Position numbers and translations under genes: made by a program
IMG/VR virus record: IMGVR_UViG_3300031965_000022
Coordinates: 1 to 64,000 of that record
From: a virus
Reading direction: 5' to 3' (one strand)
DNA: 64,000 bases
Part shown: positions 51,024-59,240 of the stretch, piece after piece
How the letters are laid out: each line of letters opens with the position of its first letter
Position numbering within the stretch: the first letter of the stretch is position 1
The notes under the pieces: model-generated
Told to the model about the DNA's origin: nothing
Databases searched by the model: none
Seen by the model: the letters and a program-made list of their open reading frames with translations, nothing else

Positions 51024-53669
51024 TCAGATGCCCCGAAGACCATCCGGGTTGTCCGGCGACCACTCCGCCAAGTTCCGTCCCACCTTGCCCTCCGCGCCGA
51101 TGCTGAGGCCGCCCAGTTGAGGCCACGCTTGGGTGAAGCCTTGTTGCAGGACCGCCACGGCGTCCGGCACCTGTGCGTCCGGCACCTCCGCCGCAATCTC
51201 GTCGTGGATGATGAGCCGCAGCAAAGCCACCAACCAGGGGTGATGCTCTGCGACCCACAGCAGCACCTCTGTCTGGATGCCCGAGGCTGTGCCCTGGGGC
51301 TTGAAGGCGATGCACCGCTTGGCATCGTCGCCTAGCCGCCACTTCCCATACTTCTTGTCATAGGTGAAGACGTTGTAAAACTCATGCCAATAACCCACAG
51401 GAGTCTTTAACACATGCTCCTTATGCGCAAGTGTCAGCGTGGCATTCTGCCAACGTACTACGTCCTTGCCGGGGTCGGTGTTGAAGTACAAGTCCTGAAG
51501 GTCCTTCGCTTCCTTTTCGTTGCGGAAGTGCTCAGGATATTCCTCAAATATGCGCCCCGGCGTACCCTTGTAGTTTGAAAGGTGGACGACACGTTTTATC
51601 ATCTCCCTCTCAACCGGAAATGCCTTCTTGATGGCCTTGCACCGGGCGCGGAGTTCCTCATCCGGCAGATCAAGGGGAATTGGTTGCCCCACCTTCACAG
51701 AAGTAACCCAGTCATGGACGCCCATCTTGGCGAGACGGATGTACCGCGCCGATCCCGCAAAGTAACCCACCAGGACGGCCTCAATGGCTGAGGAGTCAAA
51801 GGCTACAAATTGGTGTCCTGGGGCAGCAACGATCATCCGCCGGAACTGTTGGGCCAAATCTGACCGCTTCGGAATGTTCTGCGAGTTGACCTGATAACTA
51901 TTCTTACGCCATGTACTGGGGTTGAAGCCGTAGTGGGTCCAGATGCGGATGCAGGTCTTGGGGCCATCGGGGGACTCATGGGCCTCCTCGGGGCCGCCCC
52001 AAATGTAGGTGGTCAACATCTTGTTCGACTCTCGACAGTCGAGGAGGGTGCGGAACGCCGGGTGTTTGTGCACCAACTTCTTCAGATGCTTGGCCTCGGT
52101 GGTCGCTTTTTGCTCCCGATGGTTCATGGGCACTGGCAACCTCAGCGCCTTGATAAGCGCCACTACCTGCTGCGACGAGTGGGGGTTAAAGGGCTTCAGC
52201 CACCCCATGTGCCCATCTTGCTCTACAAGGTGGACATGGCTCAACAGGGTATCACGGATTACCGGGGGTAACTCCTTGGCCTTGGAGCCCAAGACACCAA
52301 GCGGAGGCACTGCCCCAGCCTTGGGCGGCTTCTTGTATCCATTCTTGGGGTGGAGGTTGCGAGCCTGAGCAGGCACCATGCTCTGAAGGGCATCCACATC
52401 GGCCACATACCGCGCCTCCACCTTCTCCCGGAACCGATCCTGTTCAGCCTTGTCGATAAGAAATCCAGGCCGCGTCATCTGCACCAAAATCTCATCCGTC
52501 TCTACACAATGCCGCCAGAAGGCTTCCCACCTGCCCTCGGCCCGCAAGCGCTCCTCGGTGTAGCGGCGGATGGCGTTTTGGATAACGTGATCCATTCCGT
52601 TGTAGTAGGCTGGGGACTCCGATGAAAGCTGTTTCCACGGTGGCCCGTTGTGGACCAGTGGCGCAACGAAGCCCAGCGCCTTTGGCAGGTCGCTCTTGTA
52701 GAAGTGCCACATCCACATCCCAGAGGCCCATCGTCGTGCCTTGAGCCCCGCCTTGGTCAGCCGCACAGAGTCGAAGTGGCGGTTGGTCCATTCCCAGCAG
52801 GTCGTGGCCCGACCCATCACCTCTGCAAGGATGTCGATGTACGGCCACTCATAGGGGAAACTGACCGCTACCCCCGGCTCCAGCGCAAACCCAGCGCGGA
52901 TGATGTTAAAGCTGCTGTCGCGGGTCTCCCCCGGAAGCTCATCCTCTTCGGCCTCCACATCTAGGTCGATGTCATCCTCATCCAGGTCAGCAGACTCCGG
53001 GGTCTCAATGTCGATGTCCACATCCCCAAGGTCAACGGGGAAGAGGTCAAGGTAGGTTCTGAGGTCGCTCGGTGTGGGGTCAAGGATCAACTGGTACTGT
53101 GACGGCTCATAGGTGCCGTTGGCGATCCGCTGCGCCCGCTTGAGGGCCACAAGGATCATTGGGGAGAGCTTCTGCTTCCCCTGCAACACATAGCTGGGGT
53201 GGAAGGTGGGGACAGCCGGGATGCCCCACACCGACTCATGGACGTATCCTTGAGCCTTCTCGATGCCGCTGATGCCACAGGCTCGGCCCAGAGCCACATT
53301 ACCCATTGGGACGATCACCCGAGGTTTGCGCTCCTCCACAAGTTGGTCGAGGTAGGGGCGGCAGTGCTGAAGGGAGGCATAGGCGTCGGGGGTGCGGTTG
53401 GCGTTGTCGGTCCACCCTAACTTTGGGGGCTTACACCACATGGAGTTAGCGGTGGTGACAGCCCGACGGTCAAGGCCCAGCCACTTCAGCCACTTTCCTT
53501 CATAGAGGTGGCCCGCCGCGCCGCTGAAGTTACGGTTTGCGGCCATCTCATCCCGCCAAGGGCTGTCGCCCAGGAAGAGGATGCCGCTGGAGCCATCCCC
53601 GTCAGCTTGGATGAACCGCTCACCGTGGGGTTGGTTGGGGCAGCCGCCGCAGATGGGGCCGGTTGGCAT
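51024..53669 (-). CDS. family A DNA polymerase fused to N-terminal UDG-like domain and 3'-5' exonuclease domain
   Basis: pol motifs A (FDSSAIEAVL), B (KRVVHLSNYKG), C (IIHDEIA); exo motifs DIET and WTNRHFD; N-terminal family-4-UDG-like GILFLGDSPW ... FHPSYVL. Confidence 0.9.
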   Translation of the reverse strand: MPTGPICGGCPNQPHGERFIQADGDGSSGILFLGDSPWRDEMAANRNFSGAAGHLYEGKWLKWLGLDRRAVTTANSMWCKPPKLGWTDNANRTPDAYASLQHCRPYLDQLVEERKPRVIVPMGNVALGRACGISGIEKAQGYVHESVWGIPAVPTFHPSYVLQGKQKLSPMILVALKRAQRIANGTYEPSQYQLILDPTPSDLRTYLDLFPVDLGDVDIDIETPESADLDEDDIDLDVEAEEDELPGETRDSSFNIIRAGFALEPGVAVSFPYEWPYIDILAEVMGRATTCWEWTNRHFDSVRLTKAGLKARRWASGMWMWHFYKSDLPKALGFVAPLVHNGPPWKQLSSESPAYYNGMDHVIQNAIRRYTEERLRAEGRWEAFWRHCVETDEILVQMTRPGFLIDKAEQDRFREKVEARYVADVDALQSMVPAQARNLHPKNGYKKPPKAGAVPPLGVLGSKAKELPPVIRDTLLSHVHLVEQDGHMGWLKPFNPHSSQQVVALIKALRLPVPMNHREQKATTEAKHLKKLVHKHPAFRTLLDCRESNKMLTTYIWGGPEEAHESPDGPKTCIRIWTHYGFNPSTWRKNSYQVNSQNIPKRSDLAQQFRRMIVAAPGHQFVAFDSSAIEAVLVGYFAGSARYIRLAKMGVHDWVTSVKVGQPIPLDLPDEELRARCKAIKKAFPVEREMIKRVVHLSNYKGTPGRIFEEYPEHFRNEKEAKDLQDLYFNTDPGKDVVRWQNATLTLAHKEHVLKTPVGYWHEFYNVFTYDKKYGKWRLGDDAKRCIAFKPQGTASGIQTEVLLWVAEHHPWLVALLRLIIHDEIAAEVPDAQVPDAVAVLQQGFTQAWPQLGGLSIGAEGKVGRNLAEWSPDNPDGLRGI
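51027..51052 (-). promoter_or_regulatory. phage bipartite motif CAACCC-N14-GCATC (candidate promoter) inside the last codons of the polymerase gene
   Basis: GATGC(51027-51031)-N14-GGGTTG(51046-51051). Confidence 0.6.
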
Positions 53670-53992
53670 CAATACACCTCATACCAAAAACGTATAATTG
53701 GAGGCTCCATATAGACTGCCACAACAGAGCACGGGGCCTCAACCCGCCGGGAAGCCTTTCTTAGTGTCGCCCCAGTCATCACCGCTGTATCTACAACTAG
53801 GACAGGGTGGAGCTTCGCACTCCGCACGCTGCGGCAAGGAACCCACGGTATCTTGAGGAAGTGGGAGGCGTACACTGAGGCTACCGCGCCGCTTCGACCA
53901 GGACCCGTAACGCACTTGAATCGTCCCCGGAGAGGCTGCAAAACCTCATAAAGAGCCTTACGGAACTCCGGCTCGGAGATGATGAGGGACAT
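53669..53992 (-). CDS. mini phosphoribosyltransferase-like protein (107 aa)
   Basis: PRPP-loop-like VLVVDTAVMTGATL and GPGRSGAVAS; translationally coupled to the polymerase gene. Confidence 0.5.
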   Translation of the reverse strand: MSLIISEPEFRKALYEVLQPLRGRFKCVTGPGRSGAVASVYASHFLKIPWVPCRSVRSAKLHPVLVVDTAVMTGATLRKASRRVEAPCSVVAVYMEPPIIRFWYEVY

Positions 53993-54312
53993 CAGTCGCT
54001 ATACCCCCCGCAGTTGATGCACACCTTGGTCGCGGTCAGTTCATGGTTGGGTGCCTCCCGCACAATCCGCTGGGAATCCACAAAGACGTGGGCACATGCT
54101 TGGAACCAACGGCTGAAGGTGGCGGGCTGCAACCGCCGATGACAAGGCTCACACAGAGGACGGAGGTTATGAATTTTGTCGGAGCCGTTCAACCGCTGAG
54201 GCTGGATGTGGTCAATGGTCAGGGGGGCGGAGGCACCACAAAAGGCGCAGCGTTGGTTCCATAGACGCTTGACGATGTGGCGGCGCTTTTTGTTGACTTG
54301 GTGACTAGGCAT
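53992..54312 (-). CDS. HNH endonuclease
   Basis: CAFCG...DHIQP...N...LCEPCHRR. Confidence 0.85.
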   Translation of the reverse strand: MPSHQVNKKRRHIVKRLWNQRCAFCGASAPLTIDHIQPQRLNGSDKIHNLRPLCEPCHRRLQPATFSRWFQACAHVFVDSQRIVREAPNHELTATKVCINCGGYSD

Positions 54313-54473
54313 TATTTCTCAAACACCTGCTCAATGGACGAGTCAATCAGCGTCCCGTGATTGACGGCTTCAGATATCAGAACCTCCTCAAAAACAGGTT
54401 CCTTTATGACCGTAAACAACTCCAGAGTCAGGCGGATGATGTAAGCACCGGGCTTAAACGGCTCTGCTTTCAT
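54312..54473 (-). CDS. hypothetical small protein (53 aa, not in ORF track)
   Basis: ATGA overlap upstream, TAATG overlap downstream. Confidence 0.45.
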   Translation of the reverse strand: MKAEPFKPGAYIIRLTLELFTVIKEPVFEEVLISEAVNHGTLIDSSIEQVFEK

Positions 54474-55393
54474 TCTTTGACCTCCAGCACCTCAGATGCT
54501 AATCGTTCTTTGTACCACTCCGGCAAACCTGCCACAGTCCCCCGCCGTATCTTCGGCCACGCATATCTCCAGAGCGCATCCTTGATGGCATCTACACACT
54601 CTTTCTCGATATCCTTTGGCACCTCAGTCATCAACTTACCGATATCTCGTGGTGACCCCTCTAAGGTCCCCGCATCTCTTAGATGCTGTACGGCTTTCTC
54701 CCACCGAGCGGGGGTTTTGTAGTGAAGTACAATATCGGTAATTATGTCCTTACTTGAAGGGTTCGCAGCCTTCCATTCCCTGCCATGAATCTCTTTGAAG
54801 GCTTCACTAACATATTTGGCGACAATGGCCTTCTTATCCGGGCCGAATAGGTTCATACCAACCGGCTTCAACACCACCCCTTCAATTTTGACGCCCCCAA
54901 GAAGACTGTCACGGTTGAGCCACTCCTTCAGTTGATCGAGGCCCCCATCCACACGGCCTTGGAATATAAGAGGAACACACTCCAACCCGAGGCTATCAGC
55001 AATTTGCTGTCGCACGAAAGGTGGAGCATAGGTTTCGAGTCCGGTATTAACATCGAATAAGATGAGGTGTTGTTTAGGGACTCTCCCATAGCAAAGGGTG
55101 TTGTGCTTTGGCTTTTGAAGATACTCAGCCCGATAAGTCCACCCAGGCTGGAGATGGGGGGCAAGAGCTTTAGCCGTCTCTACAGCCTTGGTGAACATTT
55201 TTTCGGGAGCCTCTGGAAATATCTGAGCCCCCTTGGAGCGGCACATCAATTCACCACCCGAATTGAGCCCGAAAGAGAATTGACTGCCATCTACCTTCTC
55301 TTCTACGGTGACCGCGTGTTGAAGGATATCAACGGTCATTCGGTGCCCCAGCGCATAAACATCTGGGTAAGACGTAAGACCCTTATCACTCAT
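54470..55393 (-). CDS. ATP-dependent RNA/DNA ligase (Rnl2-like nucleotidyltransferase)
   Basis: motif I EEKVDGSQ (KxDG), EGVVLK, AIVAKYV; ORF trimmed to ATG 55393; low-G+C island. Confidence 0.65.
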   Translation of the reverse strand: MSDKGLTSYPDVYALGHRMTVDILQHAVTVEEKVDGSQFSFGLNSGGELMCRSKGAQIFPEAPEKMFTKAVETAKALAPHLQPGWTYRAEYLQKPKHNTLCYGRVPKQHLILFDVNTGLETYAPPFVRQQIADSLGLECVPLIFQGRVDGGLDQLKEWLNRDSLLGGVKIEGVVLKPVGMNLFGPDKKAIVAKYVSEAFKEIHGREWKAANPSSKDIITDIVLHYKTPARWEKAVQHLRDAGTLEGSPRDIGKLMTEVPKDIEKECVDAIKDALWRYAWPKIRRGTVAGLPEWYKERLASEVLEVKE

Positions 55394-55412
55394 CTTTGAC
55401 CCCCGTCCATGC

Positions 55413-55601
55413 CTAATCCCCCTCCCACTCCCTAAACTTCGTCTCCTGTGCGGCACGCACCTGCTCGGCCTCCCACTCCTCAAAGTGGTGCTGCTGCAAC
55501 CTCTCCACATCCTCTTGGTTGAGGCCGGAGTAGTCCTCCTCCAACTCCTGGCAGAAGGCACAAAGCTCAATGTGGGCGGCGAGGTCTTCAGTGGGGTTCA
55601 T
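55413..55601 (-). CDS. acidic small protein
   Basis: ATGA overlap with upstream stop. Confidence 0.55.
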   Translation of the reverse strand: MNPTEDLAAHIELCAFCQELEEDYSGLNQEDVERLQQHHFEEWEAEQVRAAQETKFREWEGD

Positions 55602-56017
55602 ACGGGTTTCCTCCGATGGTATTCACACCAATTACCTATATAAGTGTAGGGTGGAGGACCCATTGGCCTGTGGGTAATCCTGGTGCAACTATCGTGACCA
55701 TGCCATACTTCTTCACCCGCAGACATAGGTCTCCTGGGGAGGTCTAAGGTTTCGCAAGCACAGGCCGACCGTTGCTGCTTGAAACATTCCTCCGTCCGGT
55801 GCCGCTCCCAGTCCACCGGCCCGACACTGTAGCGGATGATGATGTCCTCGACCCCAGGCTGGATCGGCCAATCGCCGCACGCACACCGCAACGGCTCAGG
55901 AGCCGGAGCCACGGGCATCGGCAACTCCGGGTGGCGCTCCGCCAAACCTTGGAGCCACGGCACCGTGAAGGGGAGAGGCAGGGTTGCGAGGGCGGTGAGG
56001 AATTTACGGCGCTTCAT
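55598..56017 (-). CDS. putative exported protein with twin-arginine-like signal
   Basis: MKRRKFLTALATLPLPFTVPWLQGLA; Cys/His-rich mature part. Confidence 0.6.
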   Translation of the reverse strand: MKRRKFLTALATLPLPFTVPWLQGLAERHPELPMPVAPAPEPLRCACGDWPIQPGVEDIIIRYSVGPVDWERHRTEECFKQQRSACACETLDLPRRPMSAGEEVWHGHDSCTRITHRPMGPPPYTYIGNWCEYHRRKPV

Positions 56018-56261
56018 TTATGGTCCCCCCAACCGCCACCACTCCGAGTCCTGCCTCCCCCGTCTCTACACGACGCGGCCTCACCTCAACGGCCCGCCCA
56101 TTCGGCTTGGCAGCCGAGACTCGCCGGAAGTACCGCAACGTAATCCCCTTGCGTCGGGCGAGGCGCTGAATCTCATCCAGCAGCATGTCTGTGGCGGTCT
56201 GGCTGGTCAGACTCTCGAAGTAGTCGAGAAAGTCTCCAGTGACGTTTCGTTTACGGCTCAT
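56004..56261 (-). CDS. hypothetical protein
   Basis: ORF track. Confidence 0.5.
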   Translation of the reverse strand: MSRKRNVTGDFLDYFESLTSQTATDMLLDEIQRLARRKGITLRYFRRVSAAKPNGRAVEVRPRRVETGEAGLGVVAVGGTINEAP

Positions 56262-56550
56262 TGGGGACCTCCTTGAAGTAGAGGGTTAGGGTCGTCGGCT
56301 TGGCGACCGCATGGTTATCAAACTGAGTGATGAACCTTTTAGCCTTCGTAGGTAGGCGCGCTGCAAAGGTCCGCTTACCTCTTGTGAACGTGGCCCTACT
56401 ATGCTCCACCTCGGGGGTATCTCCCACCGTGCGCCTCAACGCCCTAGCAATGGGGCACCACCTGCTGCGGTCCCGCTTGAGAAAGTTCGTCGTCTCCGCC
56501 CTCCGAATATCATCCTCAGTGACCTCAACAGTTATCTTTTCACCGTTCAT
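56251..56550 (-). CDS. hypothetical protein
   Basis: ORF 56251..56859 trimmed to ATG 56550 (AAGGAG 5 nt upstream); longer forms from 56718 or 56760 are possible. Confidence 0.5.
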   Translation of the reverse strand: MNGEKITVEVTEDDIRRAETTNFLKRDRSRWCPIARALRRTVGDTPEVEHSRATFTRGKRTFAARLPTKAKRFITQFDNHAVAKPTTLTLYFKEVPNEP

Positions 56551-56774
56551 TGTGGCTCCTTTCAAGAAAGTGGATGTACCAGTTTTGGTTCCAGGCTTGC
56601 TGGTGTGCCGTGTGGCCCAGGTCCGCTGGGCACGCCCTACAACCGCCTCGCGGGTTGCTGCGTTTGGGTCAAAAGTCCTCGCCGCTGCGGCGAAGGGGGC
56701 TGCCAGCCTGTGTTTCATGGGGGTGCGTATGGCCCGTCTGCACCTCTCGTGCAGCACCATGCAGGCTGGCAAAG

Positions 56775-57320
56775 TCAAACTTGTTGGTGGACCGGCTCCG
56801 TCACCGCCTCCGGTGCGACCTCCTGGGTGCGCGGCGTCGGGTCCACGCTCTCGATCCAATCCGCAAGCTCCTCAATGGTCATGGTCGGCGGGTCGGCCAT
56901 GACGTGCTGGTTGAATAGGGATGCGATTGCTGTCACCCCTGACACCCTAGAACCTTCGGGACCATAACTGGTAGTCCTCGGCAGTCGCACAGGCTCTCGG
57001 AGCCAAGGGTAATACCTTTCTACGGAGCAGACACCGTCAAGGTATTTCTCCAGGTTCACCCCATGCGCCGCCTGAATAGCTCCAAGCGCACACCCCCCGC
57101 CCCTACCGTCATAGCGGACGCCCGCCACCGGCTTCAACCCACCGATAAACCCCAACCTCATCGCTTCAGCAGCCCTCATACTTCCCTCCTTAACAAAGTT
57201 TGATTCTCGTGGCCGGTTTGCACCACAGGCGACGCAGCGCCAAACACACCCCTGACCTGGGACGTGAACCGTAGGGGTGTGGCAACAACCACACCCCAGA
57301 CGAATCACCGAAGAGGTCAC
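56775..57320 (-). CDS. hypothetical protein (N-terminal Cys cluster; GGCALGAI core)
   Basis: GTG in GTGA overlap. Confidence 0.55.
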   Translation of the reverse strand: MTSSVIRLGCGCCHTPTVHVPGQGCVWRCVACGANRPRESNFVKEGSMRAAEAMRLGFIGGLKPVAGVRYDGRGGGCALGAIQAAHGVNLEKYLDGVCSVERYYPWLREPVRLPRTTSYGPEGSRVSGVTAIASLFNQHVMADPPTMTIEELADWIESVDPTPRTQEVAPEAVTEPVHQQV

Positions 57321-58018
57321 TTCGCACCCTTCGCTTTTATTGCATACACCCGTCCAATCTTCTCTTGCGCCGTTTTGGTATCTCCATCAGCAAAGGTGAC
57401 AGAGATGGGCAGTTGATTATTTTCGTCACGGGGCGGCCAAGGATTCTGCGGGTTCCTCCCCTTCCTCGGGCTTGTGCTGAACACTTGGGGGCCGGTCTCG
57501 AACTTCTTGTACGACTCCCAAATAAGCGACCCCTTGGCGAAGTGCGTGCCACTCCCGGCCTCCAGAACCCGACGCAACATCTCCTTGAAGTCAGCAGGTC
57601 CCTGCTCAGCCAGAAGGCTTTTCCCTTCCTTACGGTGCAAGCCGGCGTGCAACGCAATCAGATCGTAGGGCTTACTCTTAAACTCCTTCGTTTGCGGATC
57701 ACGTTCCGGTGGACGGACCCAAATGCGGTTGTAGGTAATGGGAACCTCAGACTGTCCAGTGTCACGGCGAAGTCGCCCAGGCCCAAGGTCCGCGACCTGC
57801 ACATGAGCCGTGTAAGTGATTTGGTGTGCAGTTTCGCCTTCTTGCGGCTCTTTGTGATCGGTCACTTCAAAGCGGAAGTAAACGGTGCCGGGGAGGATGC
57901 GGGGCTCAAATTCTCCCCCGCTTTGTACATCAGCCTCGGTAAAGATATAATCGGCTCCGAGGTCATCTTGCAAATCTTTCGGGATTTCTTCTGTTACGGT
58001 CGAAAAGATGTCAGTCAT
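57317..58018 (-). CDS. hypothetical protein
   Basis: AAAGGAG SD; 33 nt below motif copy 58052-58077; no diagnostic motif. Confidence 0.6.
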   Translation of the reverse strand: MTDIFSTVTEEIPKDLQDDLGADYIFTEADVQSGGEFEPRILPGTVYFRFEVTDHKEPQEGETAHQITYTAHVQVADLGPGRLRRDTGQSEVPITYNRIWVRPPERDPQTKEFKSKPYDLIALHAGLHRKEGKSLLAEQGPADFKEMLRRVLEAGSGTHFAKGSLIWESYKKFETGPQVFSTSPRKGRNPQNPWPPRDENNQLPISVTFADGDTKTAQEKIGRVYAIKAKGAK

Positions 58019-58263
58019 CGTTGTCTCCTTTGAGTTCGGTCATTTTGGTTTGATGCCCCCACCGCTGCGGGGGTTGCCTTTCTCTCTCTCCAGATTGCAG
58101 CCACCACTAAACCCGATTTAACAGCCCAACACACTGTACGGTACGGCATCGAATACAAAAACCCAAAGTGCATTGGTTTTTGCCCCCACATAACAAACTG
58201 ATTGTGATCTAACCATCGTTGTAGGTGGGCAAGGTCGTCAAATTTAGCCGCACGGGTATACAT
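58015..58263 (-). CDS. hypothetical protein
   Basis: ATGA overlap downstream; its 3' end contains motif copy 58052-58077. Confidence 0.5.
   Translation of the reverse strand: MYTRAAKFDDLAHLQRWLDHNQFVMWGQKPMHFGFLYSMPYRTVCWAVKSGLVVAAIWRERKATPAAVGASNQNDRTQRRQR
58052..58077 (-). promoter_or_regulatory. phage bipartite motif CAACCC-N14-GCATC (candidate promoter)
   Basis: GATGC(58052-58056)-N14-GGGTTG(58071-58076). Confidence 0.6.
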
Positions 58264-58265
58264 GA

Positions 58266-58901
58266 CTACACATCCATTAAAGCCTCTGAGGATCGCGCCC
58301 CCGGTACAAGGTCCTTCTCAGTCTCATCTATCATACCGCTTGCGGTCATAGACATGGTAAGGCGGCGGATCGCCTTAGTCATCGTCTTGTCAATGGCACG
58401 GGCGAGGCCATCCGCTTGACCCACCCCCCCAATAAAGGTGGAGGCACAGTTGATCTCCTCCCGCCCCGTTTCCAACTCCCGCCCCCGTACCCAAATGGTA
58501 AGCATGTCAGCCGTCCGCTCTACACGGATGGGTTCTCCGGGACCAAAATCAATCATCCCAATACCTCGGCGGGGACCGGGAGGGAGCCTAAGCTGATCGC
58601 CCGCTCCTCGATTCGCATATAGGACCGTGCGCTTCTTTCCTGAGCGGTCAGTAGTCTCGATCACATCGAATGGCTTTGATAAGGGGTCCAACCCCATCAT
58701 CTTGCACCGCCACAAATAATATGCAGTGCGTACCTTTGGCGAGAGTACCGCCAAGTTTCCACCCGTCAGAAGTTCGGCGGCGGAGTCGTCGGGGAGGTCA
58801 TCAACCGCCAACTCTAATTGAGTAGCTAACCGCTCTCGCATAGAAAGGGACTCCCTTTTAACCAGTGTTCCCCCGTGAACAACCTCAGCAATTTGAGCCA
58901 C
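58266..58901 (-). CDS. possible single-strand annealing protein (RecT/Sak-like)
   Basis: YYLWRCKMMGLDPLSKPF and TKAIRRLT segments resemble annealing proteins (weak recall); GTG start behind GAGGAGGA. Confidence 0.45.
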   Translation of the reverse strand: MAQIAEVVHGGTLVKRESLSMRERLATQLELAVDDLPDDSAAELLTGGNLAVLSPKVRTAYYLWRCKMMGLDPLSKPFDVIETTDRSGKKRTVLYANRGAGDQLRLPPGPRRGIGMIDFGPGEPIRVERTADMLTIWVRGRELETGREEINCASTFIGGVGQADGLARAIDKTMTKAIRRLTMSMTASGMIDETEKDLVPGARSSEALMDV

Positions 58902-58923
58902 TTTAATTCCTCCTCATTGATTG

Positions 58924-58949
58924 GATGCCCCCAACGCTGCGGGGGTTGC
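58924..58949 (-). promoter_or_regulatory. phage bipartite motif CAACCC-N14-GCATC (candidate promoter)
   Basis: GATGC(58924-58928)-N14-GGGTTG(58943-58948); 22 nt upstream of GTG 58901. Confidence 0.6.
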
Positions 58950-59216
58950 CTAACGCTGTTTCCCAAACGCCTCAATCGCTGCGATATTAACATAAAGATG
59001 CTTCATAGGCAACCGTTGAGCATCCTTATAAGTGGGTGCCGACCACTCTCCTGTCTCATACACAAGGCTCGGGTTCTCCAACTGAACACAGGTTTCATTG
59101 ACCCCTGTGAGAAGCCCGATGTAAATATAGTTGAGGCACAACAAAATGACTTTTTCGTTCAACAATGCCATCAAACCCTCACCTTCAACTTCCTGGATAC
59201 TAACAACCTTTCTCAT
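58950..59216 (-). CDS. hypothetical protein
   Basis: AAGGAG SD; low-G+C island. Confidence 0.55.
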   Translation of the reverse strand: MRKVVSIQEVEGEGLMALLNEKVILLCLNYIYIGLLTGVNETCVQLENPSLVYETGEWSAPTYKDAQRLPMKHLYVNIAAIEAFGKQR

Positions 59217-59240
59217 CTTTGTTCTCCTTTGAAGCTACGA

